Assembly: GCF_036323395.1 (NCBI RefSeq) | Contig: NZ_AP028907.1 | Span: 1,710,001-1,742,000 of the forward strand | Direction: 5' to 3' | Length of the DNA: 32,000 bases | Source: Pyrodictium abyssi | Lineage (GTDB): Archaea > Thermoproteota > Thermoprotei_A > Sulfolobales > Pyrodictiaceae | In this document: piece by piece, positions 25,048-32,000 of the stretch | Numbering within the stretch: position 1 is the stretch's first letter | Layout of the letters: every line of letters begins with the position of its first letter | Notes under the pieces: model-generated | What the model saw: the letters and a program-made list of their open reading frames with translations, nothing else | What the model was told of the DNA's origin: nothing | Database searches by the model: none | Made by a program: the position numbers and the translations under genes

Positions 25048-25437
25048 ATGAGCGAGGCCGGCTCCAGGGAGTGCTTCGGCACACTCTCCTCCAGCTGCAG
25101 CGACGCCCTCTCAATCTTGCAGGAGCTCTCAGAGGCTCTGGGGAAGGGCCGGGGTAAGGGCAGTGGCATGGCCCGGGTGCTGAGGAGGGCTGCTGAGGCT
25201 CTCTCGGAGGCTGTTGAGCCGTGTATACGTGGCTGCGGCGAGACCGGGTGGAGCGGGCGCTGTGTCGCCGGCGAGATGGTTGAGAGGCTGCAACGTAGCT
25301 TGTTCGGCCTAGCACTACGGCTTGAGAAGCTGCCGCGCCTCAGCGGCGAGGCTGAGGAGCTTGCAAGCCTCCTCGTAGACCTGGTTTACAGCATGGTGGA
25401 GGCTGTCTGCTATAGTGGCGCCAGGGCCCGGGACTAG
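25048..25437 (+). CDS. Hypothetical helical protein with several Cys residues
   Basis: 129-codon ORF 13 nt after the MoaD-like gene. Cys residues occur in CFGTLSSSC, CIRGC and GRC contexts. I recognise no family. Confidence 0.45.
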   Translation: MSEAGSRECFGTLSSSCSDALSILQELSEALGKGRGKGSGMARVLRRAAEALSEAVEPCIRGCGETGWSGRCVAGEMVERLQRSLFGLALRLEKLPRLSGEAEELASLLVDLVYSMVEAVCYSGARARD

Positions 25438-26867
25438 CTGGCCTCATACTTTCTGAGAGCCGCTGCCTCCACCCACTTACCCCTAGTGACCCACACCATT
25501 GAGAGCAGGCCCACAGCTGCATTACTGGCTGCTATGGCGGCCCATATACCCATACTCTTCATGCCCACGAGGAAGGCTAGTATGTATGCCAGTGGAAGCC
25601 TTATGAGAACCGCCCTGGCTATCGCTATGTACGTTATGACCTTGGTCTTGCCGGTGGCTATGGCTATACTCCAGGCCGTCATGAAGAAGGTGAGTAGCGG
25701 CAGGCTAAGCCCGAGGACGGATAAGTAGCGCCATGTCTCCTGGATCGCGAGGCTGTCGTCTGTAAAGAGCCCGGCTACCCCGTCCCCCTCGTACACGAAC
25801 AGTAGGCCGGAGAGAGACAGCACTACCAGCAGCAGCCACGTTAGCGTATTGACCGCCGCCTTTGCACGCTCCTCAAGCCCCGCGCCCAGAGACTGGCCTA
25901 TCACGACCGCAGCTCCCTGGGACAACGCGTCTACTACCGAGCGGAGTACGTCTAGCACGCGGAAGCCTATCGTATAGGCCGCTAGCGCGGCCACAGTGCC
26001 CACTAGCATGTCTATCCGGGTAACTAGGCCTACAAGCAGGTACTCTGCAGCGTGGGCCACTGAGGAGTTGAGCCCTACGGGTAGGCCCACAGACGCCATT
26101 ACCGCGAGAACACGGCGGCTAGGAGCCATGAGCCGGGGGGCGAGCCTCACGCCGTGGAAGCCACGAACCATCAAAGCCACTATGACGAGCGATATTGCTA
26201 GCCTCGAAACGAGGGAGGCTATCGCTGCCCCTAGCACCTCGAACCGGGGGAACACCCATATACCGAATATGAGAAGCGGGTCCAGAACAATGTTGAGCAG
26301 TAGCGCAACGATAAGGAGTGTTGAGGGTGTCCGGGTGTCGCCTAGGGAGGATGATATCAGACGAAACGTGTACATGAGTGTGGCGAAGGGGAGAGCGAGG
26401 AACTGTACACGAAGATACGTGGTGGCCGCAGAGGCCATATCGCTGCTCACTCCGAGCAGCTCTATGAAGAGAGGGGCTGCGGCGAAGCCTACGAGCCCCG
26501 CCACCACCGCTATGGCTAGCGATGCGCCGAGAACCCTGTTAACCACCTCTATTACTTCGTCTTTGTCGCCGCGCCCTAGAGTCTGGCTTACAAGCGATAC
26601 AGCCGCCATGGATAGTCCTGCGATGAACGCGTATACTACGAGGAAGGGGTAGTAGGCCAGGGTTGGTATGGAGAGCTGTTTTACGCCGAGTAGGCCCAGC
26701 CAGAGCGCGTCTATGAGCCAGTAGAGGCTGCTGACAAGGTTTCCTATCATTAGTGGTGCCGAGAGCCGCAGCATAGTAGGCATTAGGGGTGCTTCTAGTA
26801 TGCGTTGCCTCAGGCTTAGTAGGCCCTCTTCCTTGCTATGCCGCGTAGTATCTGACATAGAGTTCAC
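25434..26867 (-). CDS. MATE family efflux transporter
   Basis: 12 predicted TM segments. The N-terminal LRLSAPLMIGNLVSSLYWLIDALWLGLLG and the repeated halves are typical of MATE/NorM. Confidence 0.9.
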   Translation of the reverse strand: MNSMSDTTRHSKEEGLLSLRQRILEAPLMPTMLRLSAPLMIGNLVSSLYWLIDALWLGLLGVKQLSIPTLAYYPFLVVYAFIAGLSMAAVSLVSQTLGRGDKDEVIEVVNRVLGASLAIAVVAGLVGFAAAPLFIELLGVSSDMASAATTYLRVQFLALPFATLMYTFRLISSSLGDTRTPSTLLIVALLLNIVLDPLLIFGIWVFPRFEVLGAAIASLVSRLAISLVIVALMVRGFHGVRLAPRLMAPSRRVLAVMASVGLPVGLNSSVAHAAEYLLVGLVTRIDMLVGTVAALAAYTIGFRVLDVLRSVVDALSQGAAVVIGQSLGAGLEERAKAAVNTLTWLLLVVLSLSGLLFVYEGDGVAGLFTDDSLAIQETWRYLSVLGLSLPLLTFFMTAWSIAIATGKTKVITYIAIARAVLIRLPLAYILAFLVGMKSMGIWAAIAASNAAVGLLSMVWVTRGKWVEAAALRKYEAS

Positions 26868-27095
26868 CTTGCCTGGCTGCTAGTGGCGCCTTCCGTGCCA
26901 GCCGCCTTTACCCGTCTTGGCCCTGTCTGCTAGGAGGCTATTTTCATATATACTTCGGTGTTGTGTGCTACCTCCACCCGTGCTAGATACGGTATGCCGA
27001 TCCTAGCATATGTATCTAGTTGGTAGTTCTCCGGGTAAGCTAAGCTGCGCAAGAAATATTAATACTGGTCTTATCTGCTTCATCGTAAATTGTAA

Positions 27096-28184
27096 TTATT
27101 CTAAACTGCTAATAACTTCCGCTAGGGCCTCAACAAGCACCCTATTCTCGGCAGGGGTGCCCACAGTCACGCGTAGCCAGTTGCTGCCGAGCGGTACACG
27201 GCGCACCGCAACACCGCGCTCCGCCAGCCTATCAACCACGTTGTCCACCCTGGTCTCTACCAGGAGGAAGTTAGTGTGCGAGCTGTAGACGCGTACGCCG
27301 GGGAGCCGGCGGAGCTGTGCTGCTAGCCACTCCCGTTCGCCCCGTATGGCCTCTACCACCTTCTCCGCGTAGCTGGGCTCCTCTAGGGCCGCTATCGCCG
27401 CAGCTATGCTGGTCCGGGGGAGGAAGGGCGGCATTAGGCTGCAGAGCATGCCCGCTAGCCTGGGGTGTGCCAGAGCATAGCCTATGCGGAGGCCGGCCAG
27501 GGAGAACGCCTTGCTGAGGGTGCGCACCACGAGGAGGTTGTCGTAGCTCTCGGTGAGCCCTGAGTAGGTTACGCCGCTGAACTCGTAGTAGGCCTCGTCG
27601 AGTATGAGCAGGACTCCTCTCTTCCCGAGCCTCTCCAGCAGCTCGGCTAGCTCGTCCTCGCCTGGGACTATGAGGCTCCCAGTGGGGTTGTTCGGGTTGT
27701 CTATGGCGGCTATCTGGGCGCGCTCCGCTGTCTCGGAGAACCGGGGCCAGTCTAGCTTCCACCTATCGCCCTCCGGCCTCAGCTCCACGGTGGCTGGCTC
27801 GCCGCCGTTCTGCCTGGTGTAGACCTCGTACATGCTGAAGGAGGGCCAGGGGTAGGCGGCCCTGCCCCCGGGGCCTAGTACCAGGGTGAACGCTTTCTCC
27901 AGCACCATGTCGCCGCCTAGCCCGACTACTATCTGCTCTGGGGCCGCCCCGGTGTACCCGGAGAGGAGCTCCAGGAGGCGCTGGAGCTGCTCCTGCTCTG
28001 GGTACCGGTTGCCCCGGGCAGCCTCCCGGGCGACGGCCTCGACGACCCTCTCGGGGGGCGGGTAGGGGGACTCGTTAAGGTCGAGCCTGGCTCTTATACG
28101 CGTGTAGCTCCTCGGCTGATAGCCCTCTGTGTTCTCGAGCCAGGGTTTGACCTTTACCGGCACGGCTCCGCTGCCCCGCTGCAC
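27096..28184 (-). CDS. hisC: Histidinol-phosphate aminotransferase (class II aminotransferase)
   Basis: LDLNESPYPPP, NPNNPTG and the PLP-lysine context TLSKAFSLAGLRIGY. Confidence 0.85.
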   Translation of the reverse strand: MQRGSGAVPVKVKPWLENTEGYQPRSYTRIRARLDLNESPYPPPERVVEAVAREAARGNRYPEQEQLQRLLELLSGYTGAAPEQIVVGLGGDMVLEKAFTLVLGPGGRAAYPWPSFSMYEVYTRQNGGEPATVELRPEGDRWKLDWPRFSETAERAQIAAIDNPNNPTGSLIVPGEDELAELLERLGKRGVLLILDEAYYEFSGVTYSGLTESYDNLLVVRTLSKAFSLAGLRIGYALAHPRLAGMLCSLMPPFLPRTSIAAAIAALEEPSYAEKVVEAIRGEREWLAAQLRRLPGVRVYSSHTNFLLVETRVDNVVDRLAERGVAVRRVPLGSNWLRVTVGTPAENRVLVEALAEVISSLE

Positions 28185-28220
28185 CGGCCAGGGCTATGGC
28201 TTAATAATCCCCTGGAGGCC

Positions 28221-28913
28221 TTGCAGCTACGCGTCTATCTGGGCTGCAGGGTGCAGGCAGAAAGAAGGAACGTACATATCGTGGACAATCCTGTCCTACA
28301 GGGCATTCTGCTGGAGCTACGCGACAAGCGCACCCCCCGGCACCGGTTCCGCGAGCTCCTCGAGACCGCTGGGCTGCTTCTAGGCTACGAGGCTGGGAGG
28401 CTGCTAGCCACCCGGCTAGACGAGGTTGAGACACCGCTAGGCGTCCGGGCCTCTGCTAGGCGCGTCGCTGACGAGGAGCTAGCCGTTGTCGCTGTACTGC
28501 GCGCAGCACTACCCATGGCCATGGGGATCATAAAGCTCTACCCCCGCGCCGTGCTAGGCTTCGTCGCAGCGTCGCGCATAGAGGACACCGGCAGAGTGGT
28601 CGGCGACAGGATGGTGTTCGACGTGGATACACCCTACTGGAAGCTACCAGCCCTAGAGGACCGGGACGTCATGCTAGTCGACCCCATGCTCGCGACCGGG
28701 AGCACTCTAGCACGGGTAGCAGCCAGGATAGCCGAGCAGAAGCCCCGCCGCATAGTAGCCGTGTCGCTCATAGCCACAAGGCAGGGGATAGAACGGGTAC
28801 TAGAAGCCGTGGAGGACGCCCACGTGGTGACCGCGGCCGTGGACCCCGTGCTCAACGAGCACGGGTTCATCGTGCCCGGCCTGGGCGACGCCGGCGACAG
28901 GTGCTTCGGCTAA
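28221..28913 (+). CDS. upp: Uracil phosphoribosyltransferase
   Basis: HPL-like VDNPVLQGILLELRDKRT, the PRPP loop MLVDPMLATGST, and the C-terminal IVPGLGDAGDRCFG. The likely start is GTG 28251, about 45 nt after a TTAATAAT box at 28201-28208. Confidence 0.9.
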   Translation: MQLRVYLGCRVQAERRNVHIVDNPVLQGILLELRDKRTPRHRFRELLETAGLLLGYEAGRLLATRLDEVETPLGVRASARRVADEELAVVAVLRAALPMAMGIIKLYPRAVLGFVAASRIEDTGRVVGDRMVFDVDTPYWKLPALEDRDVMLVDPMLATGSTLARVAARIAEQKPRRIVAVSLIATRQGIERVLEAVEDAHVVTAAVDPVLNEHGFIVPGLGDAGDRCFG

Positions 28914-29103
28914 CCGTCAGCAGCCGAGAGTAGGGTCGAGAAGAGTTCCCGGTACACGGTATTTATGGGTCTGCAGCGACCTTCCTCTATCGATAGGTGG
29001 GGAGCATGCATCCCGCGGAGGAGTACGCTTGGAACAGCATCGAGACTCCCTGGAGCTTAGTCACGAGGCTCGTGCACAGGCTAGGAATGTCCCATAGCCC
29101 GTG

Positions 29104-29583
29104 CTAGGGTATGGTCTTGACCTCTTCTACGCGCCGGAAGTCCTCGTCGAATGTCGCTATGGCTTCGACTCCTATCCTCAGCGCTGTGGCTACGTGGAGA
29201 GCATCTGCTGGTAGTAGCCCGTACTTCTCCATGATCTCGATGGATTTTCTCCAGTCTTCGCATGTCACGTACTCTATCCTAAGACCCTTGGTTGACATGT
29301 ACTCCACGTACTCGTGGAACACCTTGACGGGTTCAATACATGCTCTCCTTGTCTTCTCATCGAACTTCAATGCCTCCCTTATCCTCCAGATGTTCTTCGT
29401 GTCAAGGATTTCGCTCGCCTTGGCAAACACTAGCTTGAACGCTACCTCCTCTAGGATTATGGGTGTAACATAGCCTATCACATTGCCGTTCTCCACGGCC
29501 TCAAGCAGCTCCTGGGCCTGGTCGGCGCCAGGCTCGTCCAAGAGCAGCTTTAGGAACACCGAAGCGTCTATGAGTATCTTCAC
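29104..29583 (-). CDS. vapC: PIN-domain toxin (VapC-like ribonuclease)
   Basis: N-terminal ILIDASVFL (Asp), a mid-protein EE, and C-terminal DALHVATA...ATFDEDF. Its start overlaps the antitoxin stop by 4 nt. Confidence 0.85.
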   Translation of the reverse strand: MKILIDASVFLKLLLDEPGADQAQELLEAVENGNVIGYVTPIILEEVAFKLVFAKASEILDTKNIWRIREALKFDEKTRRACIEPVKVFHEYVEYMSTKGLRIEYVTCEDWRKSIEIMEKYGLLPADALHVATALRIGVEAIATFDEDFRRVEEVKTIP

Positions 29584-29888
29584 AGCTTGTACACCAGGTA
29601 GACCTCCTCGAGCTCTTTTAGCGAGAGCTTGCTCTTCACAAGGCCCCTCATCCTAGAGGTAACGCTTTCTCCTCGGCTGCGCTCCAAGAACATCTCCATA
29701 GCCCTCCTGATCGCCTCACTCCTGCTCATTCCTAGGCTGTGCGCGAGCCTCGTGAACTCCTCGAGGAGCCTCCTATCCACACGAACGTATACACCCACCG
29801 AGCCCACTATACACACCCCGTATATACGTATACACGATAAGCCTATATAAAACCAGCCGCCACCTCCGCAGGAACTCCAAACAGGCAA
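29580..29888 (-). CDS. vapB: Ribbon-helix-helix (CopG-like) antitoxin VapB; true start probably one of the GTG codons at 29816, 29807 or 29798
   Basis: VYVRVDRRLLEEFTRLAHSLGMSRSEAIRRAMEMFLE is an RHH fold pattern. The upstream 24-30 codons of the track ORF run through the promoter. Confidence 0.75.
   Translation of the reverse strand: MPVWSSCGGGGWFYIGLSCIRIYGVCIVGSVGVYVRVDRRLLEEFTRLAHSLGMSRSEAIRRAMEMFLERSRGESVTSRMRGLVKSKLSLKELEEVYLVYKL
29787..29852 (-). promoter_or_regulatory. vapBC promoter with repeated GTATAC-type operator motifs
   Basis: TATA TTTTATATA on the - strand (plus-strand coordinates 29844-29852). Palindromes and repeats: GTATATAC 29820-29827, GTATACAC 29828-29835, CTATACAC 29807-29814 and GTATACAC 29787-29794. 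They span the expected transcription start. Confidence 0.55.
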
Positions 29889-30114
29889 CCAGAGTGCTAG
29901 AAACCAGGGTGCGAGAACAGACAGACCAGGAGTACCCTACTTCGTAGCAGAGAGAAAGGCCTATGCGGCAAAGGTTGAGACCCCCTGGTACTGCCTAGCG
30001 GGTGCCCATCGCACCCCGGGTGACAGCAGCCTCAAAAACAAGCCTACGCCGCTGCTTCATCCACCAATTGCCCTGATAGATTATTATAAGAGTCTCATTG
30101 GCCCTCGGATTCTA

Positions 30115-30500
30115 AGGATCCCACTACCGTGCTAAGAGTAGGCGCGCAGCCATGCCCAACGATGACGCAGCGAGGGGCCGAAGGCTAAGACCCGGCAAGA
30201 GGCCATATAGTTGCATACCCGCCTACAGCACCCAAAGAGGGGGTTGCTAGGCTAGTAGCCCTGGGGCCAGTGGAGCCCCGAGAGGTGGAGGCGGCAGAGC
30301 CCCATACTCTATGGCCCTCTGGCTGCGGGGAGGGGATGAGGATCTTTTCGGGGAGAGCGACCCGGGGGGCCCTCTTCTCCCGCCCCGGGGATGGCCTAGC
30401 GGTTACCCAGCCGACCCCCAGCACACACGTCTTCCTAGAGCACTTGCAGCGGAGGCCAGGAGCGTAGGAGGAGCCCCGGGGACTCCTCGGGGCCGAAAAA
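30115..30500 (+). ncRNA. Candidate structured non-coding RNA or repeat element, class unknown
   Basis: ORF-free apart from shadow frames. A TTATTATAAG box lies at 30081-30090. A multi-helix junction is formed by GGCUGCGGGG (30321-30330) pairing with CCCCG (30383-30387) and CAGCC (30408-30412), enclosing hairpins at 30351-30381 and 30388-30408. G-U pairs are valid only on the + strand. It shares sequence blocks with 8168-8248 and 11845-11890. The extent is uncertain. Confidence 0.3.
30496..30500 (-). terminator. T5 tract 24 nt downstream of the Roadblock gene stop
   Basis: AAAAA on the + strand is TTTTT on the - strand, directly after TAG (30524-30526 on the - strand). Confidence 0.4.
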
Positions 30501-30523
30501 CCATGGAAGAACAGGAGGGCGGG

Positions 30524-30892
30524 CTAGAGTACGCTCCGGATGCGCTCTCTCTGCTTCCTGAGCTCGTAGCGTAGACGGCCGAGTATAGCGCGGCGATCCG
30601 CCACGATTACGACGAGCGCCTCGCCGACGTCGTCGAACAGGATGTAGTTGTTACGGTACTCGATTATAACGCCGGTTATGTCCCCGAGGTTTAGCTCGTC
30701 TCCTAGACGGGTAGCTGCACCGTAGAGCGTCGTGACCATAGCCGCGAGCGAGTCCGGGTCGAAGCTCGTCTCCCCGATGAACACGTGGTCGATTATGAAG
30801 CCGTCCTTGGAGACTATGGCTGCTGCCTGGACGCCCTCTATCCTCGTGAAGTCTGTGAGTACTACTCTCATGGGGGATGACACTCTAGCCAC
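30524..30892 (-). CDS. Roadblock/LC7 (MglB-like) domain protein
   Basis: FTRIEGVQAAAIVSKDGFIIDHV...LAAMVTTLYGAATRLGDELNLG...IIEYRNNYILFDDVGEALVVIVAD is the Robl/LC7 pattern. The start may be Met8 (30871). A TTTTTATTT box on the - strand lies near 30931-30939. Confidence 0.8.
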   Translation of the reverse strand: MARVSSPMRVVLTDFTRIEGVQAAAIVSKDGFIIDHVFIGETSFDPDSLAAMVTTLYGAATRLGDELNLGDITGVIIEYRNNYILFDDVGEALVVIVADRRAILGRLRYELRKQRERIRSVL

Positions 30893-31049
30893 CAGCCTAG
30901 CTATATCCAGTTAGTGGAAATAAAAATTACTATCCACGCAAGTCTTTCTTTTAGCTACTATCTTCGATTAGCCGTAGAAGCGCCGGGATAGCGGCTATCC
31001 CGCATAAGCACCCTAGGCACTGGTGCGCTACGCGCCCGGGGCCATGGGG

Positions 31050-31880
31050 CTACTCGTTCTCCCGGCTGCGCTGCCGCTCCAGAGCGCCCGCCCCGGCTAG
31101 GCCGAGCGCTGCTGCCGTAGCGCCCTCGGCCCCGAGCCCTAGCGGGTAGAATACGAGCATGTTCTTCTCCTTCGCTACCTCTATGAGTGTCTGCAGCTCC
31201 CTCAGCCGGAGCGCTGCCGGGTGCCTCTCGTAGAGCTCCGCAGCCTCTGCTAGTATCCTGGCCGCCTGGCGCTCACCCTCAGCCTCTATTATCTTGGCCC
31301 TCCTCCACCTCTCAGCCTCCGCCTGCCTCGCCATAGCCCGCACCATGCCCTCGGGCAGCAGCACCTCCTTGATAGTGACCGCCGTGACCTTGATGCCCCA
31401 GGGGTCGGTGAGCTCGTCGAGTATCTTCTGTATCTCCTTGTTCAGCTCCTCCCGCTTCGTCAGGAGGTCGTCTAGCTCGCTCCTACCTATCACGTCCCTT
31501 AGCACGGTCTGGGCGAGCATCGTGACCGCGAGGTGGTAGTTGCGGACCGATAGCACGGCCTTGAGCGGGTCCTGGACACGGTAGTACACCACAGCGTCTA
31601 CCGAGACCTCCACGTTGTCCCGGGTTATGATTCGCTGGCGTGGCACGTCAACGGTGTGTATACGCAGGTCTATTATCATTATCCTGTCTATCACAGGTAT
31701 TATGACCACGAGGCCGGGGCCCTTCACGCCTATAACGCGGCCCAGCCTGAAGACCACGGCGCGCTCGTACTCGCGTATAACCCTGATACTATAGGCGAGT
31801 ATCACTAGGACCACGAGAAGGCCCAGAGCCAAGGCTACGAAGCTTTCGAGTCCGGCTGGCACAGCTTGGCTTGTAGGCAA
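31050..31880 (-). CDS. SPFH/band-7 (stomatin/prohibitin-like) membrane protein
   Basis: An N-terminal TM segment is followed by IREYERAVVFRLGR...PGLVVIIP...DLRIHTVDVP...TRDNV, and then an Ala/Glu-rich coiled coil (RQAEAERWRRAKIIEAEGERQAA). TTG start, or alternatively GTG at 31862. Confidence 0.9.
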   Translation of the reverse strand: MPTSQAVPAGLESFVALALGLLVVLVILAYSIRVIREYERAVVFRLGRVIGVKGPGLVVIIPVIDRIMIIDLRIHTVDVPRQRIITRDNVEVSVDAVVYYRVQDPLKAVLSVRNYHLAVTMLAQTVLRDVIGRSELDDLLTKREELNKEIQKILDELTDPWGIKVTAVTIKEVLLPEGMVRAMARQAEAERWRRAKIIEAEGERQAARILAEAAELYERHPAALRLRELQTLIEVAKEKNMLVFYPLGLGAEGATAAALGLAGAGALERQRSRENE

Positions 31881-32000
31881 GGCTTCTAGCCACCTACCGG
31901 CCTGTACACTCCACTGTTGTACGGCATCAGCAGGCTAATGTATTGCTTGCCCCTTCGGCTCCCGATAGGACTGCCATGGCGCTCGGCAACCGGCTACAGG

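Noticed and set aside
29007-29102. 31-codon ATG ORF (MHPAEEYAWNSIETPWSLVTRLVHRLGMSHSPC) between upp and vapC
   Set aside because: It is too short to evaluate, has no recognisable motif or clear promoter, and could arise by chance.
30388-30412. tRNA-like D-loop string GGCCTAGCGGTTA
   Set aside because: There is no matching acceptor stem with U8, no anticodon arm, and no GTTCRAATC T-loop nearby on either strand. It folds better as a simple hairpin within the larger junction.
30465-30495. GAGGAGUCCCCGGGGCUCC on the - strand as an RNase P CR-I-like motif
   Set aside because: It lacks the conserved AAA and the bulged-U context. It sits immediately after the Roadblock terminator, leaving no room for P1-P3. 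It is simply a near-palindrome (GGAGCCCCGGGGACUCC).
30185-30574. ORFs 30185-30424 (-), 30270-30467 (+) and 30311-30574 (+)
   Set aside because: The products are Pro/Gly/Arg-rich, the ORFs overlap each other and (for the last) the Roadblock gene, and they show no codon bias typical of the genome. The region is better explained as non-coding structured DNA or RNA.
31881-32000. C-terminal end of an NfeD-like gene upstream of the SPFH gene
   Set aside because: The two - strand frames I translated (those ending at the TAGs nearest the SPFH start) hit stop codons within this stretch, and no OB-fold-like C-terminal sequence appears.

Overview
High-GC (roughly 60-65% by eye), densely packed archaeal chromosome segment. 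Codon usage favours AGG (Arg) and ATA (Ile), TAG is the usual stop, promoters are AT-rich TATA boxes and several genes look leaderless. The gene content (tungsten aldehyde:ferredoxin oxidoreductase, HypAB, SufCB, futalosine-pathway menaquinone genes, TrmB and PadR regulators, VapBC, SPFH/stomatin, Roadblock) suggests a hyperthermophilic crenarchaeote, possibly Pyrodictiaceae-like; the organism call is inference only. I support about 30 protein-coding genes, mostly housekeeping. The parts the coding features do not explain are three long ORF-free regions (about 8141-8520, 11845-12007 and 30115-30500). They are GC-rich, strongly self-complementary on the + strand, and share collinear sequence blocks: GTGGAGGCGGC, GGCGGC(A)GAGCCCC(T)ATACT and GGCTGTGAGG. 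I read them as a possible family of structured non-coding RNAs or repeat elements of unknown class; I looked for RNase P, SRP, tRNA and C/D-box signatures and found none. Other second-look items: a sirtuin-fold ORF with most of its catalytic motifs replaced, a 1438-codon ORF encoding an MMPL transporter with a roughly 830-aa helical ectodomain, a small secreted acidic-loop protein that could be a cannula- or fibre-type subunit beside a Thr-stalked surface glycoprotein, a diverged lipoate-ligase-fold gene leading the mqn cluster, a MoaD-like protein without a C-terminal GG next to AOR, and three convergent gene pairs whose stop codons share one CTAG. No CRISPR array, rRNA, convincing tRNA or transposase was seen.
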